DNA from: the human T2T-CHM13v2.0 reference genome, Homo sapiens
Strand: one strand, 5' to 3'
DNA length: 64,000 bases
Assembly: GCF_009914755.1 (NCBI RefSeq)
Contig: NC_060947.1
This document shows, one piece after another, positions 57,382 through 64,000 of this stretch (its first letter is position 1; each line of letters opens with the position of its first letter). The position numbers and the translations under genes were made by a program. Below the pieces are notes generated by a model. The model was not told the DNA's origin. It worked only from the letters and a program-made list of their open reading frames with translations, and did no database searches.

Positions 57382-57383
57382 AA

Positions 57384-57769
57384 TGTCATGCGCGTCTGTG
57401 TGAAGAGACCACCAAACAGCCTTTGTGTGAGCAACAAGGCTGTTTATTTCACCTGGGTGCAGGCAGGCTGAGTCCAAAAAAGGAGTCAGCAAAGGGTGGT
57501 GGGATTATCATTAGTTCTTATAGGTTTGGGATAGGCATACAAAGCACATTCTGAAGGGTGGGGAGAATATTACAAAGTATCTTCTTAAGGGCAGGGGAGA
57601 ATATATGTATCAGTTAGGGTGGGGCAAGAACAAATCATAGTGGTGGAATGTCATCAGTTAAGGCTATTTTCAGTGATTTTGTGGATCTTCTGTTGCTTCA
57701 GGCCATCTGGATGTATACATGCAGGTCACAGGGGATATGATGGCTTAGCTTGGGCTCAGAGGCCTGACA
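57384..57769 (-). mobile_element. HERV-H 5' LTR (LTR7B-like)
   Basis: 386 bp; about 18 substitutions plus one 4-bp indel versus the 3' LTR by eye. Confidence 0.93.
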
Positions 57770-60700
57770 TAACTTTAAATTATTCTTAGCCTTGAGAGGA
57801 ATGTGGCTATGCAGCCTGAGTCATGCAACATGCAACTGCAACTTCTGCCTTTTTTTCCCCTGTAAATAATAAAATCAAATGGAGCCAGAGATAAGACCCA
57901 CTCAGATCACTATCCCTCCTAATGGAGTAATAATGTCATCTTCCTTGGAATGTAAATGTAACCAATCAAATTGTTGTGAGGTATGCACTGGTCTCTATGG
58001 AAAATGTTGTAATCCTGCTAAAATATCTCTGTCTCTGCCTATATAAGTGAAACTTTTACTTCTCCACTTTTTGGAATGCTGACCCCATTCATTTGGAGTC
58101 TGTTCCCAGGTGGCATTCCTCAAGCTTGGTGCTCAAATAAACTCTATACTGAATCATATTTTCTGAATCACGTTATTTAAGGTTGGCATGTCAAACAGAC
58201 CAAACTACAGCATTGTAGCCCTAGCCCCCTGAATCTCATGTCCTTCCCACATGCAAAATACAACCATCCCTTCCCAATAGTCTCCCAAAGTCTTAACTGG
58301 CTCCACCACCAACTTAAAAGTTCAAAGTCTCATCTGAGACCAAGGCAATTTCCTTACCGTTGTGAATCTGAAAAATAAAAAACAATGTATTTGCTTCCAA
58401 GATAAAATGGTTGTACAGGTATTGAGTAAACATTCCCATTCCAAAAGCAAATCCAAAACCTTTCAGGGCAGAAATTAAATCTTAAAACTTCAAAATAATC
58501 TCCTTTGACTCCATGACCTACATCCTGGACACACTGGTGTAAGGGATAGGTTCACAAGGCCTTGGGCAGTTCTGCCCCCATGGCTTTCCTGGGCACAGCC
58601 TTTGTAGATGCTCTCATGGGTTGGAGTTGAATGCTTACAGTTTTTCCAGGCTGGAGTTGCATGCTTCTGATGGCTCTATTAATGCTGGAGTCTCAAGAGT
58701 GGTGGTCCTACTCCCACAGCTCTACTAGGCAATACCCTGATGGGAACTCTGCAGAGGCAACAATTCCACCTTTCTTCTCAGCATTGCCTTGGTAGAGCCT
58801 TTCTGTGGGAACTTTGCCCCTATAGCAGGCTTCTGTCTGGGCACCAAGACTTTCCAATATACCCTCTGAAATCTAAGTGGAAACTGTTAAGCCTCCACCA
58901 CTCTTGCATTCTGGGAGCTTGCAGAATTAAAACCACATGGAAGCTGGCAAAACTTATGGCTTGCACTCCCTGGAGTGGTACTTGGGGCCCCTTGAGCTGT
59001 GGCTGGAGCCAGAGCAGCTGGTATGCAGGGAGCAGCATCCCAAGGTGGTGCAGTCTAGCAGTACCCTGGTTCTGTTCCCTAAAACCATTCTATCCTCCTA
59101 GGCCTCTGGTCCTGTGATGGGAGGGAGTAATCTTTAAGATGGCTGAAATGCTTTGGGGGTCTTTTTCCCATCATCTTTACTATTAGCACCTGGCTCCCTT
59201 TTATCGGTGCTAATCTCTCTAGCAAATGATTGCTCCATAGCATCCTTGGATTCCTCTCCTGAAAATGCTTTTTTTTTTTTCTCTACTGCATGGCCAGGCT
59301 GTGAATTTCCCAAATTTGTATGTACCGCTTCCTTTTCAATTATAAATTCCACCTTTAGGTCATTCCTTTGCTGCCATATCTGATGGTGAGCAGTTAAAAG
59401 TAGCCACATTACTTTTTGAATGCTTTGCTGCCAAGAAATTTCTTCCCCAGTTATCCTAGGTCATTGCTCTTAAGTTCAGCCTTCCATAAAGCCCTAGGGC
59501 ATAGACATAATGCAGTCAAATTATTTGCTGCAGTGTAACAAGGGCGATCTATGCTCCAGTCCCAAAGTTTCTCATTGTCATCTGATACCACAGTTCAGCA
59601 TGGCCTTTACTATCTATATTTCTATCAGCTTTTTGATCACAATTATTTAACCAATCTCTAAGAAGTTCCAACATTTCTCGTCTGTTTGAATTCTTCTGAA
59701 CTCTCCAAACTCTTCTAGCTTCTGCCCATTACCCAGTTCCAAAGCTGCTTCCACATTTTCAAGTTTCTTTATGGCAAACCCCACTCCTCAGTACCAATGT
59801 TCCGTCTTAGTCCATTTAGTGTTGCTATAAAGGAATACCTGAGGCTGACTAATTTATAAAGAAAAGATGTTTATTTGGCCCATGATTCTGCTGGCTGAAA
59901 GATTGAGTATCGGCTGAAAGCCTCAGGCTGTTTCTACTCATGACAGAAAGTGAAGGGGAGCTGGCATATACAGAGATCACATAGTGAGAGAGGAAGCAAA
60001 AATACAGAGGGAGGAGGTATCATGCTCTTTTTAACAACCAGTTCTCACAGGAACTAATAGAGCAAGAACTCACTCATTTTTGCAAGGACAGCACCATGCC
60101 ATTCATGAGTGATCCACTCCCATGACCAAGCACCTCCCACTAGGCCCCACCTCCAACATTGGGGATCAAATTTTAACATGAGGTTTAGAGGGTCCTACAA
60201 ATCAAACTATAGCATGCCATATTTTGAGGAATCATCTTCTGTACCCTAATAGTCCATTTTAAGGTTTTATATTTTTCCTTATACTCTCTTTCTCCCTATC
60301 TCTTAGAGATCAAAGTAATCTCTATGAATGATTATTTATGATCACAAAATAAAACTAGTCTCATTAGATTTGGCCTGATTATTTACATAGGTGTAGGAAG
60401 TTTTAGTTTACCACATAGGCCTTCCTAAATTAGCTTTGCTGGAAGTTTACATTAAAAACTCAGATTTAACGACCTCTACTATTTGCAGTCCTGAGGCTAG
60501 GAAACCAAGCCCAAGAAATGCTCTGCACAAAATTTCATTTGCACTATCTATACCTTCTCCTCAAGGTCCCGCAAGTGTACTAAGGTTCCTGGCTCCTGGC
60601 CTGCCAGAAAGCAATGTTTCTGAGCTCATGTAAGGCTGGACTCTCTAGGTATCGTGAGTTTTCCTGGAAGGATTTTGTGGGCATTTGCTCCAAAAGTAAA

Positions 60701-60968
60701 GCCAATTTTAGTCCATAAAATTGTCTGGCATATCTAATTCAATTAGCATAATTCTCAAATATGACACTTCAGGCACGATCTTGCTCATATAACTGTTTCT
60801 TCTAATTATATTCTAGTAAAAAGGATGGCAGGTTCTTAATTAAACTATGCAAATAACTATATTTCTAGGAAAAATAAGGAAACAAAATTTTGGAATTCAA
60901 GGGGCAGTGGTAGAGGGAGAAAAGGTGTCAGAGAGAATCAGATATAATTTTAAATGTTGTGGGTTACA

Positions 60969-61407
60969 AAAATGTTTATCATCTGATGAAAAAATAAAAT
61001 GTGCCAAATCCATACAATGAAATATTCCTTTTTATTCAGCAATCAAAAGGAATGAAGTACTGATATACCTACAATATGCATGTACCTTGAAAACACAATG
61101 CTAAGTGAAAGAAGCCAGTCACAAAAGACCACATTGCTGCATGATTCCATTTATATGAAATGCCTAGAATAGGCAAATCTATAGGAACAGAAAGTAGATT
61201 AGTTGTTGTTGGGGGCTGGAGATGATGGGAGGAATGACTGCTAATAACTACAGAATTTCTTTTTAGGATGATGAAAATGTTCTAATTGTGTTCATGGTGT
61301 GGTGATGGCAATATTCACTCTGTGAATGTACTAAAAAGCACTGAATTTTATATTTTAAATGGGTGAAATCTACGGTATATAAATTATATCTCAGTAAAAC
61401 TGTTTAA
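60969..61407 (+). mobile_element. L1MB-like 3' fragment
   Basis: atgctaagtgaaagaagccagtcacaaaagaccaca...gactgctaat...; 17-bp TSD aaatgttg(t/c)gggttaca at 60952-60968 and 61408-61424. Confidence 0.9.
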
Positions 61408-63378
61408 AAATGTTGCGGGTTACAGATAGCTTAAGTAGAAAAAGAAAAGTTTTCTTATACAATACAGGAAAAAAACCACTAAAACAGCTTTATTCCAAAC
61501 AAATTCAACTTTATTCCAAACAAGTAATCACAACAAATTTTCTCTTATCAGTTTATTCAGTCCTATGTAAAGTTATTATTCTGATGGAGTGTCAGTAGTG
61601 TTATGAAACTATTTACTTGTTGGCTAAAAAGAGTTCTGAAAATCCTGACTCAGTCCACTGATATGATCTCAAATATGTCTAAATGACACCATCAGAAGCC
61701 TGTACTCAAGATTTTTTTCATAGTGTCAATAATTACCTGTCATAGTCTTTCACAGCACTCTGAGATGGTTCTTCATTTATTGAAGACAAAAACATGATTT
61801 ATAGCTTATAATGATAATTAGAGTAAAATAAAAGCTATCTGTAGAGCAAGGAGACTTTCACTGAAAATCAACTTTCACTAAAAATTCTCATATGTGAAAT
61901 GTTTGATGAAAGTTTATAAGAATAATGCAACTGACAAGGAAATTAGATTCTTCCAGGACGTGAAAAGCAAAGATAATAAAGTCATTCTAAAAATGTCCAC
62001 AAAATGTCTTGAAAACGATGATTATGCCTATTTTCAACAAAGTTAGTAAACATTACATTTGATGTATAAAAATGGAAGAAGACAAAAATGGATGAACATA
62101 TTTTTTTAAAGGGAAAAATCCTGATATATATAATAATCTGAAACATAACTAATATACCAAGAAATATACCAAGCAAAAATCAAAACATATCAAGCAAAAA
62201 TCAAAGAAGTTGTCAGAGGAGTCTTGCACACTTGGTTAAAATACAATTGTGGGTGCCTGAGAAGTAACATTTGGCTCTATATTACATCAGTGTCAATAAA
62301 ACATTTTAAAATAAAAAAAAAGAAGGCAACATGATTGTAAAGAATCTTTGTTCTTTTACAAGTGAGGAATGACAAACCTTTGTTCTTTTTTTTTTCCACA
62401 TAGTCAAAGATATAATAAAATCAACATAAAGCCCAGGGAATTATTCTGGTTAGACACAGAATTTCTATCTGGAAAGTATAAAACAACTGTCTCTAATGTA
62501 GGCAAAGCCAATAAGCAGTAAACCAAGGAAATAAAGCCACCAAAATTGAGCACACTTTGCTAAGATTTTAACACATTTTATAACTTGTTTTCAAACTTGG
62601 GTATTATAAGCCAGGGCAAATGAGATTTACTTTCCAAGGTTTGTCCTTCATTAGCTCCTTCACATTCTGGAACAATCTGACACTTTAAGACAGATCTTAG
62701 GGCACCCAAAAGGTCAGCATTAATTTCACTGTAATAGTAAGATGTTACTAACATGCAATGTATTCATCATTGCTATTTTTAAAGGAACCAATAAGTAAGT
62801 ATTTTAAAATGGTCTCAGTTTTCATTTCTACTATAGTATGTATTGATAGTTAACCTACATATACAAAAGTTTTTTTGGGCTCCTCAGTAAGCTCCAAGAG
62901 TATAAAGAGGTTCAGACACCAAAAAGGAAAAAGAAGCTGAATACTACTGCATTAAGGCATACATACTCTTTTTCCTTGAGAAAAAAAGGCACATGCACAG
63001 TTGTGTTTTTCTGCCACTATTTCTGCTAGGGTATCTCAGCCACTCATTAATTATAACCTTTAACAAAAGTAACTAACTTCTATTACATGAAGTAAACAGG
63101 GAGGGGAAAATAATTGAGAACTTTTGGCCCTCCACAAGTGTTTCAGCAAACAGGCAAAGCTCTTCAGACAACCTTCTACAGTCACACAACCCCTTTTTAT
63201 ACTTTGTCAAAGTGGCAAAAATGAACACATTCATTGACATGGCCGAAAGATATAACCTCTCTTTGGTATACACAAATTAAGAGCAAAACTTTATAAAGAT
63301 AAAATTATGCTTGGTAATTATATGACCTAGGTATCGAATGGTGATTCATTAATTAACTCAATTTACTATCATCCCCAC

Positions 63379-63787
63379 TGTCAGGCCTCTGAGCCCAAGC
63401 CAAGCCATCATATCCCCTGCACATACACATCCAGATGGCCGGTTCCTGCCTTAACTGATGACATTCCACCACAAAAGAAGTGAAAATGGCTTGTTCCTGC
63501 CTGAACTGATGACATTATCTTGTGAAATTCCTTCTCCTGGCTCATCCTGGCTCAAAAGCTCCCTTACTGAGCACCTTGTGACCCCCACCCCTGCCAGCCA
63601 GAGAACAACCCCCCACTTTGACTGTAATTTTCCTTTACCTACCCAAATCTTATAAAATGGCCCCACCCCTATCTCCCTTTGCTGACTGTCTTTTTGGACT
63701 CAGCCCGCCTGCACCCAGGTGAAATAAACAGCCTTGTTGCTCACACAAAGCCTGTTTGGTGGTCTCTTCACACGGACGTGAGTGAAA
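63379..63787 (+). mobile_element. Solo LTR7 (HERV-H)
   Basis: TGTCAGGCCTCTGAGCCC...GTGAAA, 409 bp; ACAAAAGAAG 63471-63480, TATAAAA 63651-63657, AATAAA 63723-63728; TSD cccac/cccat; no PBS or PPT flanking. Confidence 0.96.
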
Positions 63788-63799
63788 CCCATCCCCAAT

Positions 63800-63937
63800 T
63801 TTTTTTACATTTTTTTTTCTTTTTCTTTTTTTTTTTTTTTTTGAGACAGGCTCTTGCTATATTACCCAGGTTGACCTCAAACTCCTGGGTTCAGGCAATC
63901 CTCCTGCCTCAGCCTCCACACACCACTGTGCCTGCCC
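63800..63937 (-). mobile_element. Alu monomer (FLAM-like) with internal deletion
   Basis: PolyT then gagacagg.tcttgctat.tt.cccagg.tg..ctcaaactcctggg.tca.gcaatcctcctgcctcagcctcc. Confidence 0.85.
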
Positions 63938-64000
63938 CTATCATCCCCAAATTTTAAGGTACTTTAAAATTGTGGAAATTATCTTTAAGCTGACATACTA

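Larger units (their letters stand above)
52385..57769 (-). mobile_element. HERV-H provirus 2, about 5.4 kb, type II/LTR7B-like LTRs, tRNA-Phe PBS
   Basis: LTRs 52385-52766 and 57384-57769; PPT next to 52767; gag, pro, RT, RNase H and env-TM remnants. Confidence 0.97.
52334..58188 (+). mobile_element. ERV1/MER4-group solo LTR split by HERV-H (pieces 52334-52384 and 57770-58188)
   Basis: tgtgaaataaaa...; TATA (cctatataag about 58039), AATAAA about 58136, ends ttaaggttggca; 4-bp TSD ggtc/tgtc. Confidence 0.8.
51940..60214 (-). mobile_element. Full-length MST-type MaLR: 3' LTR 51940-52333 + 58189-58212, internal 58213-59802, 5' LTR 59803-60214
   Basis: Two homologous LTRs (gtcttagtccattt...gttgctataaagga...aaacta.agca), about 1.6-kb MaLR internal region, perfect TSD tgcca (51935-51939, 60215-60219). 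Confidence 0.92.
51363..60251 (-). mobile_element. MER39-like solo LTR split by an MST element (pieces 51363-51939 and 60215-60251)
   Basis: Perfect 4-bp TSD gtcc (51359-51362, 60252-60255); gccctctaaaggttc...ctgacaaaaggcagattaacaggagaaaaggc. Confidence 0.82.
50880..64000 (-). mobile_element. Old ERV1 (MER4-group-like) internal sequence hosting multiple insertions (pieces about 50880-51362, 60252-60968, 61408-63378, 63938-end)
   Basis: aaaataaaactagtctcattagatttggcctgattatttacatag...gctttgctggaa...aggctaggaaaccaagcc resembles MER4-group internal sequence; continuity across the inserts is shown by TSDs. Left boundary approximate. Confidence 0.6.

Overview
This is primate (very likely human) genomic DNA. 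The only credible protein-coding gene is a MAGE-B cancer/testis gene whose 336-aa product I recognise as MAGEB17 (CDS 5288-6298, +), which would place the window on Xp22. It is preceded by a degenerate ~215-bp tandem array of MAGE-type first-exon/promoter units. The rest is mostly transposon-derived: two minus-strand HERV-H proviruses (14102-19957 with a perfect tRNA-His PBS and LTR7-type LTRs; 52385-57769 with a tRNA-Phe PBS and type II/LTR7B-like LTRs), a solo LTR7 (63379-63787), an RPL6 processed pseudogene nested in two LTRs, a five-layer nest of LTR elements, plus Alus, old L1s, MIR/L2, MaLRs and DNA transposons. I cannot support a wholly new biological system. The most interesting signals are the primer-switched (Phe) HERV-H, a pluripotency-type HERV-H pointing antisense at MAGEB17, the MAGE promoter array containing a CpG-preserved AluJ, and the nested insertion chronology. 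Repeat subfamily names come from remembered consensus sequences and need RepeatMasker/Dfam confirmation. Boundaries of old repeats are approximate.
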